Assembly (NCBI GenBank): GCA_040357565.1
Contig: JBDODJ010000021.1
DNA from: Cercozoa sp. M6MM
Lineage: Eukaryota > Protista > Endomyxa: Ascetosporea
DNA: 64,000 nt
Reading direction: 5' to 3' (one strand)
Every line of letters begins with the position of its first letter. The first letter of the stretch is position 1. The translations under genes were made by a program, and so were the position numbers. The notes beneath the pieces were generated by a model. The model searched no databases and was not told the origin of the DNA. It saw nothing but the letters and a program-made list of their open reading frames with translations. Shown here one piece after another: positions 40,201-52,485 of this stretch.

Positions 40201-41417
40201 GATGATCTCGAACACGATGGCAAGCAACGCGTAGAATGGCGAGACGTGGCCCCTGAGAAGTCGCTCAAGACACGAAGTGCCTCATGCGGACTCATTGGTA
40301 TGAGGTTATTTTTCCTGTTATTTGGTTTGACCCATGGTTTCTGTTGGGTAGATCAGACGCGGGGTCACACGCCCTTACTGAAGCTGCTGCTGCAACTTGT
40401 TTCTCGTGTGTTTGCACCCGCGTTCTCGCAGGCTGACGTGACGTTGCTGCACCAGCGATGTGCGCTCGCCTTGCAGGTAGATTTTTTGTTTCTTCGCCTT
40501 TTGTTTTCCACCCCAAAGAGATTGCCCTGCCCGTTGCAGAGAGTTGGCACCAGTGATACCGACGGGTTTGTGAAAGCGCCCAGCGTGCAAGAAAATCCGC
40601 AAGCGCGAGTTTGGCACTGGCGCTTTGCAAGGTGATTTCTTTGTTTAATTGCTTCTTTTCTCCTAATCCATGACTTTGAGTGCAGAGACAACCCTTCATC
40701 TGACAAAAATATCGACAGTGTTATCAGACGTGCGATTTTGCGTGCTCCCTGTGCCGTGCCTGTTGCTGACTCGGTCGCACACTCGTGTGCCAACACATTG
40801 CCGCTCCAGGCATTCAATTCGCCTGTTGAGTACCTGCGCGCACTGTATCAGTCGTCAAGCACACTGGAAGTGCCAAACACTGTACTTCCCGAGGTACGCT
40901 TTTTTCTCCTTTGTTTTTTGTTCTTTGATTTTGATTGTGCTGATGACAGGTTTCGCTTTCTGCGAACTCGCATCTCGATTCGATCGAGGCTGTCGCGAAA
41001 AGCACTGAAGTCCAAAGCATTGTGAGCCGAAGTGAAAGTGACAGTGAAAGCGAGAGCGATGACGAAAGCGATGATGAAAGCGAAAAACGTCTAGTGAAAT
41101 TGACGCCGAAACTGCTGCTTCAGGTGGCATCAGATGAGTTTGGATTTGCAACGCGCGTGAATTCGTCGTCTGCGGCGCTGTCAACGCTGCCCGAGTTCAC
41201 GTTGTCGCAACAGGTCGTTCTGTCGCTCGTGCATCGGTTCGGAACGGTGCATGTCAGTGCGAGTGAGACCAAGCTTAAGAATCCGGCGTGGCTGTGTCTG
41301 TGGCGCGACATTCGTGCCCTGCGTGATCGCGGAGAAATTCGCGTGCTAAGTCAACGCCGCTACGCGAACCTTGTGCTTTGCGAGGACTCTGGTGATTCAA
41401 CGCCTGTTGCTATTTAA
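37298..41417 (+). CDS. Rrn7/TAF1B-like RNA polymerase I initiation factor (N-terminal zinc ribbon)
   Basis: N-terminal CAVCGATSFRQDEWGQMMCVACG zinc ribbon followed by a long helical multi-exon body; assignment rests mainly on the ribbon. Confidence 0.5.
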
Positions 41418-41762
41418 CTGACTTGCTACATCCGATCGTGTAAGTTACGTGACGTGAGTGGTTTCGTCCCGTCTCTGCAGGTACGGTTTTGTTGATTGTG
41501 AGATTCGATTGTCACTTTTAGTGAAGACAACGACTAAAGAAAAGTAAGAATATAAGGTCGTTTGATTTAGTGTTCGTTCGACGTCTCAAAAACCAAAGAT
41601 ATCAGAAGAGAGAAGGTTACTTCAAGGTAAATTTAGGGCCGTCGTTGCAGTTGAGAGTGTTGAGAGGCTTGTCCGATGATGAACAAAAGAAAAAAACCCT
41701 CTTGCCTGCTCAAGCTAGAGCAAGTCAGTTGCTTTGGTGTCAACAAGCACAGTCCCTTGAGG

Positions 41763-41879
41763 TACCTGGTATTGGAAAGAGGGCCTTTATTCAATTCTTG
41801 CAGCAGTTTCAAGCTGTTCGCCACTCTACCAAACACAGGGTATGCCAAGCTAGGCAGCACTCAATTGTTAGGTTACCAG
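41763..41879 (-). ncRNA. Candidate structured element, copy 2 of 2
   Basis: Reverse complement aligns with 2659-2775; followed on the minus strand by a hairpin and a T-run near 41690-41730. Confidence 0.45.
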
Positions 41880-42226
41880 CTCTCAACCTTAGCAAAACAT
41901 TTTCGTGCACGGCTTTCGTTAAAAACGTTTTACCATGTGATACTGTCGTAGAATTCGACGGATACAGTAAAAATACAGTCAATCATGCCTGGGAGTTTTG
42001 CTGCAGCGTTTCACCCATGAGCGGCAAATACAGGTACTTTCGTTTTGTATCAGCGTTGGGCTTCGACTAGGCGTCGCGGGTTTCAGGACATTAGAGCAGG
42101 TATATCTATCTAGTTTGTCATCCTCGTCACTTGGTGGTACCTAGAGTTTCTTTGACTTTAAGAGCTAAATTGTCGTGAAATTATCGTCATTTTTTTAATT
42201 GATTCAGGTTTGGCTTCAGATACAGC

Positions 42227-44835
42227 ATGCGACCGAGGTTGCGGATAAGGCCATCTTTGACAACCTCGGATGTGAACTACGAAGCAGTTCGACAGTTTCG
42301 CCAGAACTCTTACGGAGGCGATTCAAATGCGATAGGAGAGCAAGCACGCCACACCAGCCCAAATTTAGGTTCTGCTGCTGCTCGCATTCGGTCGGCGCCT
42401 ACTCGCTCGAAACAGGCGCGCTTTCAAAGCCAAGTAGATTTCGATTTCGAGTTTGAGTTTCGCCAACGCCGCGAGCCAGTTGATTGGCGCGTGATCGACG
42501 AACTCGACCTGACAGAGATCGTAAGAAACACAGACATTGCGCAGTTGCAGCGTGTGGTGTCTCAAGTAACTCTCGGCGACATCGGATCGAGTGACATTCG
42601 CTTGCTGCCAGCGCGCTCGATCGTGAAGTTCATGAGAGCAGCACAGCTGATGCTTGAGTACTCGCTGACTGTGCAGTCGCACCTGGCCGAACAGAACAAT
42701 CTTTTGCGCAAGAACGCAGTCTGTTTTGATGAGACGAAGCAAGAAGTCTTGCAACTGCAGAACGAACTCGCTCAAGAACGAGAACGACTCCGCCGATTAA
42801 ACGAACAACTGCGACGTGTCGAATTCCTGCGACAACAGGAACAACAAGAGCGGCAGAAGATTGAAGCAGCTGCACGACGTCGATCGACGCGAGTTTCTGC
42901 TCAGACGCCGGTGCTTGGACGACACACGGGCACTGAGGACCCCATTTGGCCATGTCCACACTGTCGCTCTGCGTTTGTGAGTAAACACTACTTGGACAAA
43001 CACATCGACCGTCGACACCCCCAAGCAAAAAATACAAGCGAAGAAACGCAGCTCAAGTCGGAAACAAAGCCAAACGATGACAAACTCATCGTCGAAACGC
43101 TCGAGCGAAGTTTCGCGAAACTGACTGAAGCTTTGTCGCTGCAACAGACACTTGAAGTTAAAGGAAAACCCTCAACCGTGACGAAGGAGCAACTCCAAAG
43201 CATGCGTGACTCAATTGAAAGCACTGTTCGCGATGCGCTGAAGACGCAGAGTGACACCATGGTTCACGGGCAAGCGACACAAAGCAACACACTGGTGCGA
43301 ATTGAAGAGCAACTATCGTCGATGCGAGGTACTCTCGTCAGCGAGAATCAAGCCATGCGCGCCGAATTGGCTTCGATTCGCGAGACACTCGCTCAAGCCA
43401 CATCAGTTGTTTCCAACATACGCGATGCCTCTGCTTTTGGACCCCTGCGGGACGAGACTCGAACCGAAGGAATCGAAACACCTGTCGCTGTTGCCACCAT
43501 GACGGCAAGCAAATCGGACGAAAAGGAACTTAAGGCGATTCACGAAGTGTCCAGCAAGCTCGCCAGTCTTGAACGCTCGCTATTGCAGAAGTTGGATCAC
43601 GTTTCGTCTTTCCTGGTTGAACAAGGCAGCGATATGCGTGAGCTGAAGCAGGAGATTGCGCGAGGAAATGAGCTGATGAACGAACAGGTGTTCGTCACTG
43701 CAGCAAAAGAAGACGAAGTGGAACTATCACCGTCGGAATCGCGAAAATCTCAGGAAACCGAAGTTCTCGTTGTCGAAGACGACGAGCAGGACGAGTCTAT
43801 CGAACCAGTCGAGCACGCAGAGGAACTCAAGCAACTGAAACAAGGAGGCGACCTTACCGACTTCCAACGACGCGTCGACGAACTCGAGAGCACGCTGAAG
43901 GATTTCAAATCATCATTGCAGCAGCCTGCGCTCTCTGTAAGAACTCTCAAACAACTGTGCTGAGTTACTTCTGTTTTTTGTCGTAGGATGTTGACTCCGA
44001 CGAGGCTCAGTTGCGAAGTTCGCATCCATTCAAAGACACTCCCTACGTGAGAACGCGAAGTCCACAGAAATGGCGACTTGACCCTGGCGAATATGAAAAG
44101 AGACGAGCTAGTACAGACTTGATCGCGAAGAAAGCCACTGCACAAGACCTGCGAAAACTCGAAGAAGTCGTGGATGAAAGCAACTACGCGAAATTCCGAA
44201 AGAATGTCCGCAAGTCGGTGAAGCAACTGACGCAGAAGCGACTCGGAGACGATGCGTCCAGCTTGGATTCAACAAGCGAGTCACGTGTTTCTTTGTCCCG
44301 TACACTTGTTTCCGAATCACCTTCAGTCACAGAAACGACCGAAACGGGACACGAAGCAACGGCGACACGAGTCTCGCCCTGTCCTGCGAAATCTCCGTCC
44401 CTTGAAACTCAATTGAGAGCAAGCGACAAGGCACCTCCTCCCAAGGAAATAAAACAAATGCCTCGAAAAAGGACAACAGTGGATCCCATCACCGAACGAA
44501 GGAGACGACTTGCAGCACTGCTTGGTGATGACAGCGATGCCAACGACGAAGTTGAGCTTGCACCGCCACCTCTCCAGCAAAAACAACGCTCAAGCAAGCC
44601 TAAAAGCTCACAGCTGTTTGACTCTATGGTTCGACCTCAGGTACTATAGATGTCGCGCCAGCAACGACAAACTGAATGAACTACTAATTTTACATCTGCA
44701 TAGACAAGTCGCGGAGTCGGAGATGCTGCCCCAGGCATCCATCGGCCCAAGACCCGTCGCGACGACCGCTTGGCGAAGCTTTCGGCTATCATACACGGAG
44801 CGACACAGGGCTACGACAGCGAAGAAGATTTTTGA
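42227..44835 (+). CDS. DZIP1: DZIP1/DZIP1L-like ciliary zinc-finger protein
   Basis: Dzip N-domain FEFRQRREPVDWRVIDELDL...KFMRAAQLMLEYSLTVQ, C2H2 finger CPHC..AFVSKHYLDKHIDRRH, coiled coils. Confidence 0.85.
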
Positions 44836-44919
44836 GCCGAAGTGTCCAGTGTCGGTGTCCAGTGTCGGAGTGCGACGTTCTTCAAACGCGGACTGTGTAA
44901 CAGAAATGGAGCTTCGTCT

Positions 44920-47021
44920 CTAGTAGTCGCTTTCAATCGAAGTTCTAGTCTTGTCCGGTGTTAGTGTGTCTTTGCTAACGACGCTTTGCGCACTCATAGT
45001 TTCCTCCCAATTGAGCAGTCTGCACAGAAACCATGTAAAAGCTACGATAAGTTTACTGTTACTCACGAAAAAGACAAACTGAAGGTACTCGGGAGGTATT
45101 TCACTGAGGTTCACACGGTCTTTCAGTAAGTTTACTGCTTCTTCGAGCAGTGTCTGGTATCTATACAACGCAGAATGAAAAAACGAGAGTTTTTCTGTCA
45201 AAAGCATACTTGAGAATTCGTTGGAATTGCTCGTGGCTCGCTTGTCGGAAGCTGTCGTTCTCTTTCTTGAGAATGTCACACTGCCTCTTCCATGCACTGG
45301 CAGCCAACTCACCATTTGCCTTTCTTTCGCGGAGAACGTCGTCTACGGTTTAAAGTGAATTTTAGAGGAGCACGCAGCTAAATTTACTCTCGAAGTTGTT
45401 TACTTACCTGAGTGAACACGGATCTGCAAACCTCCAGAATCGGTACTGGTGGACCTGGCATCGCCAGTTTCGATGGGTTCACGGATCGCACTTGGGGGAG
45501 TGAGCACTCGATGGTTGGTGGGTAGTGTGCTCGTTCCACTGCTCACGCTTGGCGAGACAGAGCCGCGAAAGTGCAAAGGTGTTGTCACCTCTGGACTGAC
45601 ATCGAGGTGGTTACCAGTCGAAGTCTCTGGAACACAGACATCGAGCGAATCGTCAATGGCCCCTGTCGTCATCACTCTTCTGTGCTTGCTGTGTTTACTC
45701 TTCTGCAATACAATTCGCTAATGAAACGACTTAAAGTAAATTTAAACTAAGTTTACAGTACCTTTCCCGATGACGAAGAGTTTGATGTTCGAGAAACGGA
45801 GGGGCTCGGGGCATCCGAGTTCAAGCTGCGAGAAAGGTGAAGTGCTTGTGGAAGTGAAGTGTACGTTCGGCCAATAAGCGGGCATGAACTTTGCCTCATG
45901 GGCACGAACGGCACTTTCGTGCGCTCGATCGTTGAGGAAGTACCGAACGTGAGCACCTCGAAGCCTAAGACCGCAACACACGAGATGCGATGTTTCTTGA
46001 GTAAGGTGCCGTAAAAGCTACTCACACGGAGCTTGAACATCGACAATGTACGAAGACTAAGCACAGAGCAATGGAATACTAGAAACTAAACACTAGCCCA
46101 TAGGCAAAGTGAGACACCAAGGTTTGAGCATCGCGACGCTTTGCAAACAATCGTGCGTAAGCTTCCTCGCTTGCAATCATTTTACTGGGTCCACCAGCTT
46201 TCCATCCTTTCAGAAGGTACCTAACAGTGAATTAACGTTGGAGCAACTTTAAAATTTAAATGAATGTGCAGCAGTGAAAAACTGACCGGCAATCGTGGCA
46301 GTAATGAAACCCGACGGCGACCGTCGACAGTCTCGTTCTGGCCTTCTTGAAGTCGCTGGGAATCCGATACTTCTCTGTGTCAGATGTCGTTGACGTGTGT
46401 TTTTCGCACACTGCTTCACCACAAGTGCGACAGGTGTGCAGGCCGGACAGACCCAGCATAGTGGATTTGTTGCCGCAAATTGCGCAGTGCAGGTCTACGT
46501 TCGTATGCATTCCAAAGTTCGATGCTGCGATCCTGCGAATCGGGTGTCCCACAACCCTGCGAAAAAAGAAGGGGTATATATCCTGGGAATGGACAAAAAA
46601 TCAGCCTGGAAGGATGTTGTATGTACCAATCGCCCACGCGAGCTTCAGGGTGAATGTCGAGGTCGTCCTTGCTCACTCGACAAAAGCGCATCGTAGGCCG
46701 CACTTGACGACAATACACGTCTTCAAAACAAGTGTTTTCGGCCTCGGCGACTTCTTCCAGCGCCTTGTTTCTGCACCCTAAGCACACCGTTACCTCCTCT
46801 CGGTCGCGATCTTTTTCTCCTCGCAACCACCCAGTGGGTAAACGGTAGCGTCGTGCACACAGCTCGCAATGAGGGCTGCCGCACAAGCGACAATGCCTCA
46901 AAATTCGCATGCCGCCCTGAGCACAACGGTGACACGCTCTCACATCACTTGCGTCGCTGCTCTTTCGATGCATCTTAAAATGTGAGAGCAACGAGGGGGT
47001 TCTGTGGAATCTTGAGGTCAA
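44920..47021 (-). CDS. Protein with two FYVE-like zinc fingers; start uncertain
   Basis: CHRC...RHCRLCGSPHCELC...VCLGC and CAIC...HTCRTCGEAVCEKH...YCHDC. Confidence 0.65.
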
Positions 47022-47543
47022 GTCATTTGCAGTGGGAGGTTTGTTTCTTTTTTCCTACAAGCCACGCACACGTGCCGCTCATCAGAAACAGCGAGAAATG
47101 CGGTACCTTTCCAGCGAACTCAAACTGCTTTTTGGAGCTTCGCTTTCGTCGAACAAGCAAAGCCCTTAAAAAACAATTCGTTCAAACAACTGGGTCATTG
47201 AAGTTGCTTTGTTTAAGGTTAGAGAAAGCGTAGAGTTAAAGAATAAAGATAAGGACAAACATATGGTTTGTGGGAAAGCACCAAGACATCAGCAAGTTTC
47301 GCTCCACATCCTCTCGCTGCGATTGTGAGGCTGATGGCCGCCCACGTGGCATTTTTCTAGCTCGCTGGCGTAGACAGGCAACTCACAGATCCTGTGGATG
47401 CTTCTTCTCGCAGCTTTGCTTTTTCCACAATCGCGCAGACAATGCCGCTCTGGAAGAAACGCTCAGAGCGGGCAGATAAAAACGAAACCCCGACCAGCAG
47501 CCACGGTGCCTGACCCGAATGACTGACTCGGCGAAACCATGAG

Positions 47544-47959
47544 TCATGCTTTAGCTCCCGTGCTAGCAACTGAAGGTGAAAGCCGAAGGCGGGTTTCGCC
47601 TCTATCTCTACTAGGATCTGGTGTGAATCTTTGACACTGTTCCGGGAGCTTGATGGATAAATTTATGCGCGTCCTCCAGTCCGAGCGTGAGGTCGGACGA
47701 TGCAGGAACCTGGCTTTTGTCATCTGAGCAAGTGCCTGTTTCCAGTTTTCCACTGAAAACACGCATAAAAGCGAGAGTTGACGTTAAACAACTTGCATTT
47801 GAGTGAAATGACGTCTACGACTCCTGAGTTTGCCACCGCCGCATTGTCCACGCTATTTTCAACGACACCAAGCAGGTAACTCACAGCAACGTTTCGTCTA
47901 CGCTCGACGTTTGTTTTTAGCTTCGCGGATGTCTCCGACCGACCGTCGTTTGTGCTCAA
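47544..47959 (-). CDS. Hypothetical exons (separate gene or 5' part of the FYVE-like gene)
   Basis: Two open frames joinable by a GT-AG intron; no motif. Confidence 0.25.
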
Positions 47960-48088
47960 CTTTACCTTTGGTGTGACTCTCGATACTTTGGTAAGGTTTC
48001 AGAATGCCTGTAACTTAAACTTACATGTTCTGTTTTTGTTGACTTTCCACGAAAGCATTTGTTTGTGGAGAACAGAACACTAGCAACA

Positions 48089-49697
48089 ATGGTGCCGATC
48101 TTCGCCTCGACATTCTCAACAGCACTCCTTACGCATGGGTGCCACTGCCTGGAGCGATTTTGTCCTACACACTTGAGCCTGATAGAAACACGTGAGTTCT
48201 TTAGCAGGTTTTGGAGTTCCGTCCGATTGTGTGTTCATTCCCGGGCCTCAAATTCCTGTTGCAGACCTGGGATTCACTACGATTTTGGCGACAATTACTC
48301 GGTCGAAGCGACAGTGACCAACGCAAGAACAATGGAGACTAGCAGCACTCTGTCTTTCGCTGACTCTCTGACAGCACAGTTTCCAATTTCGCCCCCTTTC
48401 GCCTGCACTACCGGTTGCAGTCACGCGAATGCGCAGTGTGCTCCCGCGGGCTTCAGTTTGATTGAAAGGTCTGTCAGGTAAGTGTGCTCTCGAGTCTCGG
48501 TGTTCATCAGTGTGAACTCCCAAGATCAAGGTGCACGACTGCAGAGCCAGCATAGCTTCCGGCAACGCTACGACAGTGCCCGGGAAGTGCTACTGCACGC
48601 CTGGGTTCGGTGGCAGGAGGTGCACTGTCGATCGCAGATGCGTAGCAGGACAAACTGCCACACGAGGCAGTGCGTGCGAACAAAACGGCGATGTACTCTT
48701 TGTTATGGCCACACAAGGTAATTTATCTTTGCTTTGCGAGTACCATGAACTAAGCGCTGTCATTGATATTAATTTCATTTTGTCTGCCTTTTCAGTGGCG
48801 GTTGCATCGCAAGCTGAAGCCGAAACTATGCGTGATCTGGGGTTTTCACAACTCGCACTCGTGGACGAATACCTCGTTGCTTTGTACTGTCCCTGCAAAT
48901 CTGACTGCTGCGATGGACGGGAGATTTTAACCTAAATTTAATTTTTCATATAAAAGGAAGCAACCGGAGGTGTTCTACGCAAACAACGAGCCAAAGTTTG
49001 AGTTTGTGGTGTCCACGAAGCGCGACACAAGCGATGGAACGCTCCAATTGCTCCTTCTGGCACCAATGTCTGGAGCACCGCAAGTGCTGGACGAACTACG
49101 AAGGGCAGAGAGGTTCATGATGAGAAACCGCGACTTGTTTCGCCGTTGGTCTATTCTGGGCAACTTCGTGATGGTTCTTTCCTTTCGCCTCACTGTCGTA
49201 TGTAGCTAAACGTATCATTCTTGATTTATTCACAGATAACGACATCAATCGCAGTGGGAACCACAACTACAACGACAACAACGACAGCGCCACCTGTCCC
49301 GGTCGATTCGGCGTCCAGTCCAGCCGCCAACGCTTTCTTGGTCGCCGGAGCTGCCGTGTTGTGCCTTGCTCTTTGCATGATCACATGCTTGTGGTACTAC
49401 ATACATACTGACTGTTGAGCTCGAGAGGAAGGGGAGGATGGACGGCAATGGTAAACTTATACAACATCTAACTGTTTAATCGGTGTAGTGGCCAAGACCA
49501 AGGCTCACGTTCCACAAACGTCGTGGTTGCCAAGAAACGCCTTAAAGAGTCTGAAGACACCGAAAGTCACCCAACCGGCGTATTCGTTGAAGAGCCTGAA
49601 GACATCGACAATCATCCAGCCGACGAATTCGTTGAAGAGTTGGGATGAGACACAGAAAGTCACCCAGCTTCAAGCTCTTCTAAAATTTAGTTTATAG
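48089..49697 (+). CDS. EGF-like type-I membrane protein; 3' end uncertain
   Basis: GKCYCTPGFGGRRC EGF motif, Thr-rich stalk, TM segment FLVAGAAVLCLALCMITCLW. Confidence 0.65.
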
Positions 49698-50096
49698 TCG
49701 AGTAGATCGTAGGGTAGCAACATCGCCTGCTCGGAATGGCTTATACCCGTATCGTACAATTGCAACGCCGGCTCAGCTGTGTGACTCGGCGAATAACGCG
49801 TGCGCACTTGCAGCGTCCGGTGCGCGCAATCAACCATCGCATGGCGTGGGTGCGGTACCGTAAGATTTGATTGATTGCTTGAAAATGAAACTAAGTTTAA
49901 GACGAGCGCAAACGAAATATATTAACGTACTTCGCGTCGGTTCGCGATATTTGCATCATACAGTCGCACGAAAATCGAAAATCCGACGCAATTTCGCGTC
50001 AGTTCACGCAGGTCGCGTGAACGCACGTGTTCGTCGCGGACCGTACCTTTGTACGGAAACGAGACTGGTGTGCTGGGTAGAAGTCAGGTGACTGAA

Positions 50097-52335
50097 TCAA
50101 TCGCACGCCGTCGGCGACACCATGGCAGTCACGACAGTGCCGAGAATTCCCTACAGTGGCATTAAGTGACATCTGGGTCAGTGTGTGGGGTTAAAAAGAG
50201 TACCGTGACAGTGCCAAAGACGAGCATGCCGTAGGCCAAGTACGTCAAGAGTTTTGGTCGCTGTGTCACGAGACGCAGGTAGATGAGCGACGGGAAGACA
50301 TACACGACGAGCGAGCCCACGATGGCGCCCTGGAATCCCAGGATCTTCTCGACCTACCGGAGGAGGGTAAAGATCCAAGGGGAGGGTACAAGGGGAAAGG
50401 GGTACAAAAGGGTTACCTGCGGGAACACGACGGCAAAGAACACCGCCGAAACCACCAACGACACTGTTTGAATCACATGTCGTTTGCGTGTCCACACCGC
50501 CTTTGGGAAGAAGAGTCCTGGGGGCAGAAGGGTAGCAAGAGTAAGAAGGTGGGAGGCGGGCGGGGGGGGCGCCCCAAACTACCGTCAAAGTTGTGACGAG
50601 CAGCCGAGAACGGCAGCGGGAAGGTGCACACGAGACACGCCGCCATCAGAAGTCGCGCCACTGTGGAGAAACTATTGTTCGGCAGCGACGACAGCACCTG
50701 GGACGGGGGGGGGGGGGTAAAGTGTGGAGGACAAAGGAAAGGGAGCTACCTCGCCACACACGTCGTTGCCAAACTGCAAATAGCCAGCGAGTGCAGCACT
50801 CGCATAGACTAGGAAGCACGCCGCCATGGCTTGCATGCTCACACTGCCGAACTTTGCTGGTGACTTGTTCTTCAGTTCGGCTGCACCACAGACAATTCCC
50901 TTTTATCCTTACCCTCCGAGAAAGTGCCCCCAGAAAGTACACCAACCATAGAAGCGGGGTGCATTGTAGTGCATCGTGTAGGCAACGTTCATGATGGAGA
51001 TGGCCACAAAGAGACCGCCGTCGAGTCGGAACACGTCGACACTCGGATGCACGCCATTCTGAATGGCCGTCACCAGCACCAGCAGTGCCGAGTACGATAT
51101 ACTCAGCACGCCTAACAGCGACGCGTGTCTCAACTGGAAGGGGGTGGGGGGCAAATCGGTAAAGAGGGGGTAACGGGGGGGGGGGGGGGGGGGNNNNNNN
51201 NNNNNNNNNNNNNNNNNNNNNNNNNNNNNNNNNNNNNNNNNNNNNNNNNNNNNNNNNNNNNNNNNNNNNNNNNNNNNNNNNNNNNNNNNNNNNGGGGGGG
51301 GGGGGGTAAAGTACAGCATGCAAGTCGCGCAACAACGCGAGCGGCAAGCAAAACGTCAACACAATCAGCGGCACGAAAAAGTCGCGATTCGACACCAGTC
51401 GAACAAACGCACTTTCACTCGGCAAAAGCCACTCTCGCAGCACCGGCTGGAGGGGGGGGGCAAGGGAGGGGGTAAAGGTATCAGGGGTAAAGAACAAGCA
51501 TAACTTACAGTGAGAAAGTCGCCAATCAGAACACCCTAAAATACATTTAAAAAAAACAGTATAGCTGTGAAAACTGTATCCGCTTTAAAAGCAACAAGTA
51601 CAATACATAGGACACGACAGCCGAGTAGGTGCAGAAGAAGAGCGCGACGTTCACTACGCGCGACGAAGTGATCGCCTGCACGAAAACGTTCGATGACGGT
51701 CGCAACTCGTCAGTCGCAACGCTCGAAAACGCGCCTTCAGCGTCGTTTTCGACATCGCTGCGCGAACTTTCGTGCTGAATAAGCGGTTTCTGCGAATCTT
51801 CGGTGACATTTCGCGGAAAAGCGCGCTGCCACAGTCCGTGAAACGTGAAAATCTTGCGCTCTTCCGACGCGCACGAAATGAAGTACAGGGCCGCCACGGC
51901 CAGACTGCCCGTCAGTAAAGTCAAAAACACGCCCGGCAGTGCTAAGAGACAGATTCGCAGTTTTTGCAAACAACTTTGTTTGAATGATCAGTTCACATTT
52001 GAAGGAAAAAAGCTACCGGAGGCACGAGCGAAAGCCCAAGGCAAAACCAGCAGGCCGGATCCTAAAAATTCAGCTGTCAACTGATTAAAGGGGGGGGGGG
52101 CACGGCAAGGGTCAACCTAAAACGTTGTTGACGATATTCGTCACGGTTGACTTGTTCGATGCTTTGTTCATCGTGATACCCTCCCGTCGGCATCTAACGA
52201 ATGGCACAAAGACCATATAACCGGTTGAGCACCAGCCCCGGAGCAGAAGAAAAGCAAGCACCGCTCTGCGATTTCGGCATCAACATCCACCTCTCCCCGA
52301 TCAGAAACCCGATATATCTCGACATTTTCAGTCAT
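50097..52335 (-). CDS. Amino acid transporter, AAAP/SLC38 (Aa_trans) family
   Basis: NFLGSGLLVLPWAF, AISIMNVAYTMHYN, ILGFQGAIVGSLVVYVFPSLIYL, multiple TM segments; spans an N gap within an intron. Confidence 0.85.
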
Positions 52336-52485
52336 TTTTATGAGCACGAGTGTGCTCGCACTGACTGACGTCGCGGACAGCACTCGGCAACGCCAGAATT
52401 TGACACCTACGCAGTTTATTATTCTGATTGATTCTAGTTAAAGGAGCGGTTGGACAGCATCATTTCCAGATCTTTTGCTCTAAAA

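Noticed and set aside
41633-41860. ORF with YPVFGRV resembling a cyclophilin fragment
   Set aside because: Upstream stops in both copies, identity at synonymous sites and frame-breaking spacers point to nucleotide-level rather than protein conservation.
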